DNA of 64,000 bases, taken from the IMG/VR virus record IMGVR_UViG_3300028569_001145, positions 32,001-96,000 of that record; one strand, written 5' to 3'. The translations under genes were made by a program, and so were the position numbers. Each line of letters begins with the position of its first letter. Position 1 is the stretch's first letter. Below the pieces are notes generated by a model. It saw only the letters and a program-made list of their open reading frames with translations, was not told the DNA's origin and did no database searches. Shown here in pieces: positions 1-8,009 of this stretch. The DNA is from a virus.

Positions 1-531
1 CATATACAAAAATATAGACTGACCTCTAAGGATATCCAGACACAAGTTTTGTTAGAGACAGATGATTACGAAGAATTGAAAAAAGTTGCATTAGAGTATA
101 GTATGGAATTACATATTGCACTTTCGCCACAGTTTGCAAATTTAGTGCCAGAAGATGGCGCCTGTCCGGTGAAGTACTGTGATTTTAGTAAAAGAGCGAC
201 ACCGGAATATAGATCTAAAATAAGTCAAGCTTTAACAGGAAAGCCTAAATCCAAAGAACACGTGAGTAGAGTTGTAGAAACTAGAAAAACAAAAGGATAC
301 ACGCCCTGGAATAAAGGCTTGGTACAGCCTTATACACGTACAGATGAAACTAAGCAAAAAATGCAAAAAAGCCACCGGGAAAGATCTTTAAAAATTTTTA
401 AAGAAAAGTTGGACCCTATAATAGAAAATCTTATATTAGACAGTACACAACACAAGGGAAGAGATTTACAACGAAAATATAAACTAACATATGCACAATT
501 TAGAAGAGCAAAAAAAGTCTATGGGTTTTGA
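1..531 (+). CDS. GIY-YIG/NUMOD3-type homing endonuclease-like protein (5' truncated by window edge)
   Basis: Frame is open from base 1; NUMOD3-like motifs (KISQALTGKPKSKEH, PWNKG, TDETKQKM). Confidence 0.6.
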   Translation, partial: HIQKYRLTSKDIQTQVLLETDDYEELKKVALEYSMELHIALSPQFANLVPEDGACPVKYCDFSKRATPEYRSKISQALTGKPKSKEHVSRVVETRKTKGYTPWNKGLVQPYTRTDETKQKMQKSHRERSLKIFKEKLDPIIENLILDSTQHKGRDLQRKYKLTYAQFRRAKKVYGF

Positions 532-1438
532 CAGCAACCAAGAAGCTGTTAAGTCCATAGCAGCAAAACACCTAGGGAAAGTAGGCGGAGAAGGGTACAA
601 AGCAACTTACGACCCGGAATTGTTAGTAGCAATTCCACGTCATTTTAATCGAGAATCTTATAACATTAAAGAAGGAGACTTACCTTTTGTAGGAGGGGAT
701 GTCTGGAATGCTTATGAAGTTTCTGCTATCACTAAAAAAGGAAGACCGGTAAGTGGTATGATGAAAATCTACTACTCTTCTGATTCACCTTTGCACGTAG
801 AGTCTAAATCAATTAAGCTCTACCTTAACTCATTCAATATGACTCCATTAGGGGAGACAGGTGCTGAGTGTGTTGAGATTGTTGAAAAGATAGTAGCTGA
901 AGATTTAAGCAAGGCTTTGCAGACAGACGTTCAAGTAAGTTTCCATACCGGCAGTAACGACACAGAAGTTATTTTTGGATTGGAGTATGATTCTTTGAAT
1001 GACATTATCGATCTAGATACAGTAGAGTTTAATACCTACCATTCAGACGCCTCTCAATTAAAGACCGGTACCCAGAATGAAAGGATTTTAGAATTAAAAA
1101 TTCACTCAGATCTACTACGTTCAAATTGCAGGGTAACTAATCAACCAGACTGGGGGGATGTTTATATTCACCTAGTAGGTAAGAACATGCCTGACTTGCC
1201 ATCACTAGCCCGTTATATTGTGTCACACCGTCAGGTGAGTCACTTCCACGAGGAGATTTGCGAGATGATGTTCGTTCACCTATTAGAGGCTTATGATCCT
1301 GAAAAGCTGATGGTTACTTGCTTATATACCCGCAGAGGGGGTCTTGATATTAATCCTATAAGAGCAACTCATGCAGATATGATACCAGGAGTATTTATAG
1401 ATGTACATACCAGAAATGCAAAAACATTAAGACAATAA
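521..1438 (+). CDS. queF: NADPH-dependent 7-cyano-7-deazaguanine (preQ0) reductase, bimodular QueF
   Basis: Motifs WNAYE, ESKSIKLYLNSF, LRSNCRVTNQPDWG (catalytic Cys/Asp), FHEEICE, YTRRGGLDINP; ATG 521 preferred over 491. Confidence 0.93.
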   Translation: MGFDSNQEAVKSIAAKHLGKVGGEGYKATYDPELLVAIPRHFNRESYNIKEGDLPFVGGDVWNAYEVSAITKKGRPVSGMMKIYYSSDSPLHVESKSIKLYLNSFNMTPLGETGAECVEIVEKIVAEDLSKALQTDVQVSFHTGSNDTEVIFGLEYDSLNDIIDLDTVEFNTYHSDASQLKTGTQNERILELKIHSDLLRSNCRVTNQPDWGDVYIHLVGKNMPDLPSLARYIVSHRQVSHFHEEICEMMFVHLLEAYDPEKLMVTCLYTRRGGLDINPIRATHADMIPGVFIDVHTRNAKTLRQ

Positions 1439-1439
1439 T

Positions 1440-1763
1440 ATGGGAGATTTAGTAATCGCAATTCTTGTACTAGGTATTATGGCAAGCACTCTTGCTTTTA
1501 TACTTTGGTACTCTAACAAAACACGTCAACGGATGATTGATGAGATGGAAAAAAACCAGGTAGACTGGGAGGCAGATCTTGATGCTCAATATGAGCATAA
1601 GAATCCTGTTCCGGTCGAAGATGAGGAACCTAAAAAGCAAGCCACTATTACCGACATTATGGAGGTTTTAGAAAAAGCAGCTGAGGTAGCTGAAACAATA
1701 GAGATACACCAGCCGCCTAAAAAGAAACGACGCGGCAGGCCTAAAACTAAGAAAAATTCTTAA
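1440..1763 (+). CDS. Hypothetical membrane-anchored protein with basic C-tail
   Basis: N-terminal hydrophobic helix; KKKRRGRPK tail. Confidence 0.7.
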   Translation: MGDLVIAILVLGIMASTLAFILWYSNKTRQRMIDEMEKNQVDWEADLDAQYEHKNPVPVEDEEPKKQATITDIMEVLEKAAEVAETIEIHQPPKKKRRGRPKTKKNS

Positions 1764-1770
1764 AATTTTC

Positions 1771-1812
1771 AGGGGAGTAGTTGTCTACTCCCTTTTTTGT
1801 TCGTACATTTAG
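1771..1812 (+). promoter_or_regulatory. Fused terminator hairpin / early promoter cassette
   Basis: GGGAGTAG-TTGT-CTACTCCC + T-run followed by TTCGTACATTTAG; the TTG lies in the hairpin loop. Confidence 0.7.
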
Positions 1813-1826
1813 GTATAATAGAAAGT

Positions 1827-2090
1827 ATGAAACTATACACAGAAGAACAGATGAAATCGTTTTACGAACTTGGTAAATTTGATGGTATTGTAGCAAGAGA
1901 AAAAGATGTAGACGTAGAGATTAAAAACTATACCCCCATCGAACTACCAAGTGATGAGGAGATAGAAGATAAAGGTAAATGGGCATTTAATGATGCTGGA
2001 CATACTATCTTTACCCATTATAACACAGTACCAAGTTGGGTAGATGGAGCAAAATGGATGCGTGATAAAATACAAGGAGGTAACAAATGA
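1827..2090 (+). CDS. Hypothetical protein, MKLYTEEQ/TPIELPSDEEI/GAKWMR module family, copy 1
   Basis: Shares three DNA-level blocks with 2259..2693; ATG 1827 is downstream of the promoter. Confidence 0.7.
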   Translation: MKLYTEEQMKSFYELGKFDGIVAREKDVDVEIKNYTPIELPSDEEIEDKGKWAFNDAGHTIFTHYNTVPSWVDGAKWMRDKIQGGNK

Positions 2091-2272
2091 AAATCACGAC
2101 AAGAGTAAAAAGTAGTTGGGTAGAATTAACTATTGAAAATAGTAGCGCAACAATCAATTACGACATTTGGAAAAATGAATTAGTTGAAGTTAAAGCAATG
2201 TTAGAAAATGCTATTGATGACATCAATCACATGATTAAAGAAACACAAGAAGGTAACAATGAGCAACAATAA
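2087..2272 (+). CDS. Hypothetical protein
   Basis: ATGA overlap with upstream stop. Confidence 0.6.
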   Translation: MKITTRVKSSWVELTIENSSATINYDIWKNELVEVKAMLENAIDDINHMIKETQEGNNEQQ

Positions 2273-2693
2273 ACAAAGTATGAAACTATACACAGAAGAA
2301 CAATTAAAAGAGATATATTTTAAAGGGGTACATAATGGCAGAATGCAAATTGAAGGAAAATGTAGCGATGAAATTAATTCATTAACCCCCATCGAACTAC
2401 CAAGTGATGAAGAGATATGGGATAAGGCAGATGAAGAAGATAATAATGGAAAACATTACGCTTTTACAAGAGGCGCAAAATGGATGCGTAATAAAGTACA
2501 AAGAGGTAACAATAAACAGTACCATATTGAAAACGGTTCAGAAATTTGGAATGATACAGTTAATCCACCAACTGTAGAAGTGGTTTCTTATTGGGTAATG
2601 GAAGAAGACCAAATGATAGAAATTTGTGATACTTATGAAGAAGCTGTTGAATATATTAATCAATTAAACAAAAACAATGAGCAACAGTATTAA
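2259..2693 (+). CDS. Hypothetical protein, MKLYTEEQ module family, copy 2 with C-terminal extension
   Basis: Paralogous blocks to 1827..2090. Confidence 0.7.
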   Translation: MSNNKQSMKLYTEEQLKEIYFKGVHNGRMQIEGKCSDEINSLTPIELPSDEEIWDKADEEDNNGKHYAFTRGAKWMRNKVQRGNNKQYHIENGSEIWNDTVNPPTVEVVSYWVMEEDQMIEICDTYEEAVEYINQLNKNNEQQY

Positions 2694-2730
2694 TAGCTGT
2701 TGTTAGTTGTATAACATAATAAGAAAGAAT

Positions 2731-2841
2731 ATGGAAATATTATTTGAAATGCTTGCTACAATTTTTGCTTCAGTTAATGGTAAAGTAGCAATTTTTATAG
2801 GTATATCATTAATAGGGTTAATGTTATGCTTACTCTTGTAA
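2731..2841 (+). CDS. Small hydrophobic peptide (36 aa)
   Basis: MEILFEMLATIFASVNGKVAIFIGISLIGLMLCLLL; A-rich leader; not in ORF track. Confidence 0.5.
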   Translation: MEILFEMLATIFASVNGKVAIFIGISLIGLMLCLLL

Positions 2842-2866
2842 AAAACGAAACATTTGCAAAATAGTA

Positions 2867-2899
2867 GTTGCTTGCTCTAAACAGAGTTCGTATATTTAG
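2867..2899 (+). promoter_or_regulatory. Early promoter (TTG-N20-TATATTTA)
   Basis: GTTGC...TTCGTATATTTAG, matches the motif repeated upstream of early genes. Confidence 0.75.
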
Positions 2900-2920
2900 G
2901 CATATTAAAAAATAAGAGTT

Positions 2921-3697
2921 ATGAAATTTTTAACAAAAGAAGAAATTCAAGCACAAGCACCAGCAGTAGCTTCAATGGAAGCAGCAACTAATGTATCTGG
3001 TAAGTACGTTCACGTTCCTACTATGGAATTGATTGATGACATGGAGAAACTAGGTTGGAAAGTATCTGATGTAAAGCAGGTAGGTTCTAAAAAAGGAATG
3101 CAAGCTTACAAGAAGCATTTAGTAGTCTTCAGAAACCCTGAAATCGTTATTCAGAGTAGTGACGGAGAAACTGTTTACCCACAGCTTCTATTAAGCAATT
3201 CCCATGACGGGTTATCATCCTTCCAGTTCCGTGCCGGGTTATTTAGACTGGTTTGTACTAATGGGCTAGTAATCTCAACTAAGGATTTTGGTTCTATGTC
3301 TATTCGCCATAAGGGATATTCCTTTGAGGAACTTAAAAAGACTGTGTTGGAGCTTGTAGAGAAGCTTCCGGTAACGATTGAGACTCTAAATAAATTTAGA
3401 GAGGTTACTTTGTCTGAAGAGCAGAAGGTTGAATTTGCTTTAGCAGCAATCGGAGTACGTTTTGGGGAGAATGGAGCTGAGGTAGAGGTTCAGGAGCTTC
3501 TAAAACCTATACGTAAGGAAGACGAGGGTAATGAACTATGGCAGGTCTTTAATGTCATTCAAGAGAAGCTAACAAGAGGAGGCTTCAAATATAAAGCATC
3601 TACTGGTCGAAATAAGACAGCACGGTCCATTAAGAACTTCAACAGAGACATTCAATTGAATGAGCAGTTGTATGAACTAGCAGAATCGTATGTCTAA
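2921..3697 (+). CDS. DUF932-family protein
   Basis: LLLSNSHDGLSSFQFRAGLFRLVCTNG and LWQVFNVIQE motifs. Confidence 0.85.
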   Translation: MKFLTKEEIQAQAPAVASMEAATNVSGKYVHVPTMELIDDMEKLGWKVSDVKQVGSKKGMQAYKKHLVVFRNPEIVIQSSDGETVYPQLLLSNSHDGLSSFQFRAGLFRLVCTNGLVISTKDFGSMSIRHKGYSFEELKKTVLELVEKLPVTIETLNKFREVTLSEEQKVEFALAAIGVRFGENGAEVEVQELLKPIRKEDEGNELWQVFNVIQEKLTRGGFKYKASTGRNKTARSIKNFNRDIQLNEQLYELAESYV

Positions 3698-3704
3698 ATT
3701 GGAT

Positions 3705-3726
3705 AGGGGCTTCGGCCCCTTTTTTT
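3705..3726 (+). terminator. Intrinsic terminator
   Basis: AGGGGC-TTCG-GCCCCT followed by T-run. Confidence 0.8.
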
Positions 3727-3731
3727 GTTTG

Positions 3732-4247
3732 ATGGAGAGTAAGTTTAATCTAGTTGAAGAGTTGAGGCTTGGCTCCAACCAAGCTAAGGAACTTGTGTTT
3801 AGGGAATACTACGAGTACTTTATAAGCATAGCTATTAAAATAGTTCAATCAAAAGAGGATGCAGAGGATGTTGTTAGTGATTGTATGAATAAGATCTTTA
3901 ATAAGGTAGGGCAATTAAAAGACCCTTCCCAATTTTTAAGCTGGTGTAGGTCTATTATAACCAGAGACTGTTACAACTATATAAAAGCCAGGAAGGTACA
4001 TAGCGGTATAGAAACATATAATTCAGGATACCAGAGTGATTATTATAAAGCTTTTGATTTAAATTTAGTAAAGAAAGAGATTGAAAGACTATCCCCAGGG
4101 TACAGGCAGATATTAGAACTACATTGTATACAGGGTCATGATGGACTAGAGGTAGCAAAGATGCTAAAGATACATCCTGGAACGGTACGTTCTCAACTTT
4201 CTAAAGCCCGGAGAGTATTACAAAAGAGATTACATTATGAATACTGA
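3732..4247 (+). CDS. ECF-type sigma-70 factor
   Basis: Region 2 (EDAEDVVSD...FLSWCRSI) and region 4 HTH (EVAKMLKIHPGTVRSQLSKAR); ATG 3732 follows the terminator. Confidence 0.88.
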   Translation: MESKFNLVEELRLGSNQAKELVFREYYEYFISIAIKIVQSKEDAEDVVSDCMNKIFNKVGQLKDPSQFLSWCRSIITRDCYNYIKARKVHSGIETYNSGYQSDYYKAFDLNLVKKEIERLSPGYRQILELHCIQGHDGLEVAKMLKIHPGTVRSQLSKARRVLQKRLHYEY

Positions 4248-4285
4248 AAGGTTGGTACTATAATTAGAAGTTCATATCTTTAGGC

Positions 4286-4414
4286 ATGAAAGAAAAACAT
4301 ACACCTGAAATGAGACGAATGGCACAATTGATACGTCGAAAGATGCTACAAAAAAACCATGGTGCTAAAAGAACCTATAACCGGAAAGATAAAACCTGGA
4401 AGAAAGAACCATAA
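4286..4414 (+). CDS. Small basic protein (42 aa), probably leaderless
   Basis: MKEKHTPEMRRMAQLIRRKMLQKNHGAKRTYNRKDKTWKKEP directly after promoter TTCATATCTTTAG (4271-4283). Confidence 0.6.
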   Translation: MKEKHTPEMRRMAQLIRRKMLQKNHGAKRTYNRKDKTWKKEP

Positions 4415-4508
4415 ACCTAAACCTAAAAACAAACAGGAGAGTGGTTATAAGAGGTGTTATTAATATAATTCAGAGTATACAATATAAGATAATCTATGAT
4501 AAAAAGAA

Positions 4509-4626
4509 AACCGTAGAGACAACCGTATAACTAGTAAACCGTAAGATAGTAAACTGTAGAGAAAATTGTAGAAGTAAACCGTAGCATAGTAAACCGTAGG
4601 AGAAAACCGTAAGATAGTAAACTGTA
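4509..4626 (+). repeat. Nine AAYYGTA iteron-like direct repeats at 12-16 bp spacing
   Basis: Copies at 4509, 4521, 4537, 4552, 4564, 4577, 4592, 4605, 4620. Confidence 0.8.
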
Positions 4627-4849
4627 GAGAATGGGAAGTGTAGAAATAAGAAAAGGGTGTGTGGTGTTAAATTGAAAGTATTATGGAAAGGATATGGAAT
4701 TAGGGTAGGTTGTGTAGAAAGAGTAGAGAGTATGTAGAGGAGAGTTTGGATAGAAATTACGGAAATGTACCGCCCCAAATTCATCCCCCATGAATCTCAA
4801 GGGTATAAGAGGTGGTGCCCCACTCAAGACTAGCCGGACTGTCCTGCTA

Positions 4850-5045
4850 AGACCCGGGGAGAGACTTGGGCAGAACCTTGGAGGACCTTGGAGAACCTAC
4901 CCCGCAGGGTGGGGGGCGGACCGGGGGGAGTACCGCCGGGGGAACCGGGGGGGGGCAAGGGGAGAGGCTCCGGCCGCCGGGCCGGGGGGCCGGGGGTACC
5001 GCTAAGGGAGGCTGGGAGAGTGGTACCTGGAAAGGTACCGGAATG
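4850..5045 (+). other. GC-rich G-tract island (putative G-quadruplex; possible origin or packaging site)
   Basis: Many runs of 3-9 G on the + strand in an otherwise AT-rich genome. Confidence 0.6.
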
Positions 5046-5053
5046 AGCATGGT

Positions 5054-5155
5054 CCAAACTACGTCTGATCTCTTCAACCCCTTGGGAGCCGCCCTTCGTA
5101 CTAGATATTATCTTTCCGACACTCTAAATATACGAACTTTCTTTCAGGGGCCAAG
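5054..5155 (-). repeat. Duplicated minus-strand promoter + non-coding element, copy A
   Basis: Reverse-complement early promoter (CTAAATATACGAAC 5124-5137) next to blocks CCAAACTACGTCYGATCTCTTC, CCGCCCTTCGTACT, ATCTTTCCGACAC shared with 5852..5947. Confidence 0.75.
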
Positions 5156-5379
5156 CCTTTTTTTTATTTTGTTGATATTTATTAATGTAGGCTACAGAGA
5201 CAGTAGATGTTACATAAGGCAACGAGCTTAGGGCACATAATAAAATAACAATCTCAGATTCATTAGAACCTACAGAAACATTGTATTAGACTTCGTTTAG
5301 CCACAAAAAATGCTTTGGATGGTTAAAATTTTTTTTTGTCAGAAGTTGGCGCTTCAGCCTCTTGTTCGTATCTTTAGGT

Positions 5380-5769
5380 ATGGAAATGAAAGAATTTAAA
5401 GTAAATGTTGAGACAGTGGTTACTGCTGACATGATTGAGAACATTATTGTTGGAGCTTTAGAAGGTGGTTCTAACTATTGGTATCTATTGGGAGAGGGTA
5501 TTCCTCCTTCTGATGGTACTCCTATTGCTGAGAGAATCCTTAATGCATTATTAAATGATTCAGATTACAAATTAGAAATTTTAGATTTGGAAGATGAAGA
5601 AGGTGAACCATTAGGGTATTTGACATTAGAAGGATTGCTTAATGCATTCCAGATTGTCTCTAAAAACTACCCCGAGCATTTTTACAACCTGCTGACTGGG
5701 AATGATGATGCTGAGACTGCTGATGTATTTTTTCAATGTGCTGTAATGGGGGAGGTGGTATTTGGGTAA
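5380..5769 (+). CDS. Hypothetical acidic early protein
   Basis: ATG directly after TTCGTATCTTTAG promoter (5365-5377). Confidence 0.75.
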   Translation: MEMKEFKVNVETVVTADMIENIIVGALEGGSNYWYLLGEGIPPSDGTPIAERILNALLNDSDYKLEILDLEDEEGEPLGYLTLEGLLNAFQIVSKNYPEHFYNLLTGNDDAETADVFFQCAVMGEVVFG

Positions 5770-5800
5770 ATACTAAATTGTTTTAATTAGGTGATAACAT

Positions 5801-5833
5801 GGACTGCTCCCGAGAGGGAGTGGTTCCTTTTTT
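5801..5833 (+). terminator. Intrinsic terminator
   Basis: ACTGCTCCC-GAGA-GGGAGTGGT hairpin followed by T-run. Confidence 0.7.
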
Positions 5834-5851
5834 ACCCGCTTTCTCCACAGC

Positions 5852-5947
5852 CCAAACTACGTCCGATCTCTTCAGGTTTTTACCCCGCCCTTCGTACTCC
5901 ATCTTTCCGACACCCTTAATATACGAACATTACTTTCAAAAGCCAAC
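5852..5947 (-). repeat. Duplicated minus-strand promoter + non-coding element, copy B
   Basis: Same three blocks as copy A plus CTTAATATACGAAC (5915-5928). Confidence 0.75.
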
Positions 5948-6024
5948 AGAAAAAAAAATTATTTTTTAGTTGCCTCATAAGCGGCTAGTTCGTATATTTA
6001 GGTATCAAAATAAAAATAAAGGTT

Positions 6025-6372
6025 ATGCAAAAACAAATTCAAAACACAATCGAAAAGGTTTCAAACAGTTTCCCTTCACTATTCTCAAGAGAGGATGTAA
6101 TCAAATTGTTAACAGACTTAAATGCAGAAATGCAACTTGAATCTCCAAAACCTCAAATTGAAAAAGAACGATTAATGGAAATCTTCAAAGAGGTTCTTCG
6201 GGATAAGGAGTTTGGGGATGTTGTTAATAGCGATGATATTGAACTCAGTTTGAATTATGATAATAGAATCGAAATCGAATCGGCTCCAGTTGATGAAGAT
6301 TTTATCGTTGATACGGCGATGGACGCTTTAGATGCTGCTTGGGACGTTTTAGCATCTGCTGAAGAAGATTAA
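6025..6372 (+). CDS. Hypothetical acidic early protein
   Basis: Promoter 5989-6001, A-rich leader. Confidence 0.75.
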   Translation: MQKQIQNTIEKVSNSFPSLFSREDVIKLLTDLNAEMQLESPKPQIEKERLMEIFKEVLRDKEFGDVVNSDDIELSLNYDNRIEIESAPVDEDFIVDTAMDALDAAWDVLASAEED

Positions 6373-6424
6373 AAAAAGTTTGGGGGAGGGTTTGGTCTCT
6401 CCCTTTTTATTCGTATATTTAGGT

Positions 6425-6712
6425 ATGGAAATAAAAAAGGTTATCGAATTGTTAGGTGATAAAATCTTCACCGTTACCTTCACAAAAAAAGATGGGTCTA
6501 TTAGAGTCATGAATGCAAGAAGGGGAGTTAAAAAAGGAGTTAAGGGAGTAGGGATGTCCTACAATCCAACAGAAAAAGATTTAGTTGTTGTCTTCGATAT
6601 GCAGAAGGAAGCATTTAGAATGATTAATGCTAAAACAATTTTAGAGATTAAAGCTGATAAAAAGGTTTATAAGTTCTCAGAAGAAGGATTATTATTAGAG
6701 GAAACTAATTGA
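6425..6712 (+). CDS. SH3-like beta-barrel (WYL-like) domain protein
   Basis: FTVTFTKKDGSIRVM...VFDMQKEAFRMIN; paralogous to a domain in 38233..38838; leaderless ATG after hairpin-promoter cassette 6382-6422. Confidence 0.7.
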   Translation: MEIKKVIELLGDKIFTVTFTKKDGSIRVMNARRGVKKGVKGVGMSYNPTEKDLVVVFDMQKEAFRMINAKTILEIKADKKVYKFSEEGLLLEETN

Positions 6713-6764
6713 AAATAATTTAGGGGAGGGTTGGCTCCCTCCCTTCTTATTCGTATATTTAGGT

Positions 6765-6884
6765 ATGGAAAAGATGATAATGTATAAGGACTTAATCAAG
6801 ATGGCACATCAGTTAGGAATCCACACCAAAGGACAAACTTACTCTACGATCCTCAAACACGTTCAAGCAAAGCAAAAAAAATAA
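6765..6884 (+). CDS. Small hypothetical protein (39 aa), probably leaderless
   Basis: ATG right after hairpin-promoter cassette 6722-6762; not in ORF track. Confidence 0.6.
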   Translation: MEKMIMYKDLIKMAHQLGIHTKGQTYSTILKHVQAKQKK

Positions 6885-6944
6885 AAAAACAGTTGCTTCC
6901 TTAGAAGCTTACTCGTATATTTAGGTATTAAAGAAATAAAGGTC

Positions 6945-7109
6945 ATGAAAAAAGAATTAAAACAATTAGTAAGAGTATTGGAAAATTTCCAAGCCAAGTT
7001 GAATGCTTTTGATGAAGATGTTGTAAGGACTTGGAGTATTGAAAGTTTGTGTGAAGAGTTAGATGAATTGATAGCTCAAACAAATGATGAACTTTCGGAT
7101 GAAGAGTAG
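6945..7109 (+). CDS. Small acidic hypothetical protein (54 aa)
   Basis: Downstream of promoter CTCGTATATTTAG (6912-6924); not in ORF track. Confidence 0.65.
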   Translation: MKKELKQLVRVLENFQAKLNAFDEDVVRTWSIESLCEELDELIAQTNDELSDEE

Positions 7110-7162
7110 AAAAAGTCTAAAGGGAGGGTTGGTTCCCTCCCTGCTTATTCGTATATTTAGGT

Positions 7163-7657
7163 ATGAAAGAAGTAATAAAGGTTTCGATTAAAGTTGCTAA
7201 GGATGCAATCATCGGTTATTCAGATTCTAAAATAGCTCAATCAGAAGCTAATGATTGTTTTGTTAGAGCAGTTGCCGGAGCATTAGAAGTAAGTTATGAT
7301 GATGCTCATGAGTATGTAGCAAAAGAATTTAACAGAAAAGACAGAGAAGGAACTTACGGAGTTATACCTACGTTAAGAAAGAAGCAAGAGATATTAGGCA
7401 GACGGATAGAGCAATTAGGAGAAGAAGGCAAATACGATTTAGGTAAGAGGCTTATAATGAGATATAAATGCTATGGAGAGATAGTAGAAAGAGAAATGAC
7501 ATTCAAAAGCTTTATAAGAAACTACCCAGAAGGAACTTATATAATGATTGTAAAGAATCATGCCTTCTGTTTAAAGAACGGAGTAGTAGTGGGAGGTAAT
7601 TATTCTGATTCTGAACAATTGAGAAAGAGAGTATGGGCGGCGTTTAGAATATCATAG
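7163..7657 (+). CDS. Hypothetical protein, possible papain-like Cys/His fold
   Basis: NDCFVRA and HAFCL motifs; ATG right after hairpin-promoter cassette 7121-7160. Confidence 0.6.
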   Translation: MKEVIKVSIKVAKDAIIGYSDSKIAQSEANDCFVRAVAGALEVSYDDAHEYVAKEFNRKDREGTYGVIPTLRKKQEILGRRIEQLGEEGKYDLGKRLIMRYKCYGEIVEREMTFKSFIRNYPEGTYIMIVKNHAFCLKNGVVVGGNYSDSEQLRKRVWAAFRIS

Positions 7658-7715
7658 CAGCTTTTTTTTATTTACCATAAGGAGGGAGCCGGCCGTAGGG
7701 TTGGCTCTCCCTGTC

Positions 7716-7830
7716 AGTAGACCGTACGTAGTACCGTAGTATATACGTAGTACGTATGTATGTAGTACATCATCAATACAAGTGACATTATTATCACTAT
7801 AGAGTATCGTACGGTATACGTAGGCCTAAG
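7716..7830. repeat. Low-complexity GTAC/TACG-rich palindromic tract
   Basis: ccgtacgtagtaccgtagtatatacgtagtacgtatgtatgtagtac ... cgtacggtatacgtagg. Confidence 0.6.
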
Positions 7831-8009
7831 TAACGCGCAGAATTCCGACAGAATTCACTCTATACGGGTATATATTTATATTTAAACCCATAGGTAGTGC
7901 TTTTTTCCAAATCCCAAACCCATCATAGAATCCAGAACCCCCGGGGAAATTTTCCGGAAAAATTTTAGTCTATAAGTGATTATATAAGTATATTTTCGTA
8001 TCTTTAGTT

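Noticed and set aside
4494-5231. Five overlapping ORFs in the repeat/GC-rich island
   Set aside because: Low-complexity translations (Gly/Pro/Arg-rich in the GC-rich part) in several frames, explained by repeat and base composition; unlike the genome's codon usage.
5054-5947. Hammerhead ribozyme or attachment sites for the duplicated element
   Set aside because: No CTGANGA/GAAA core with flanking stems, no integrase, and the copies are imperfect with variable linkers.
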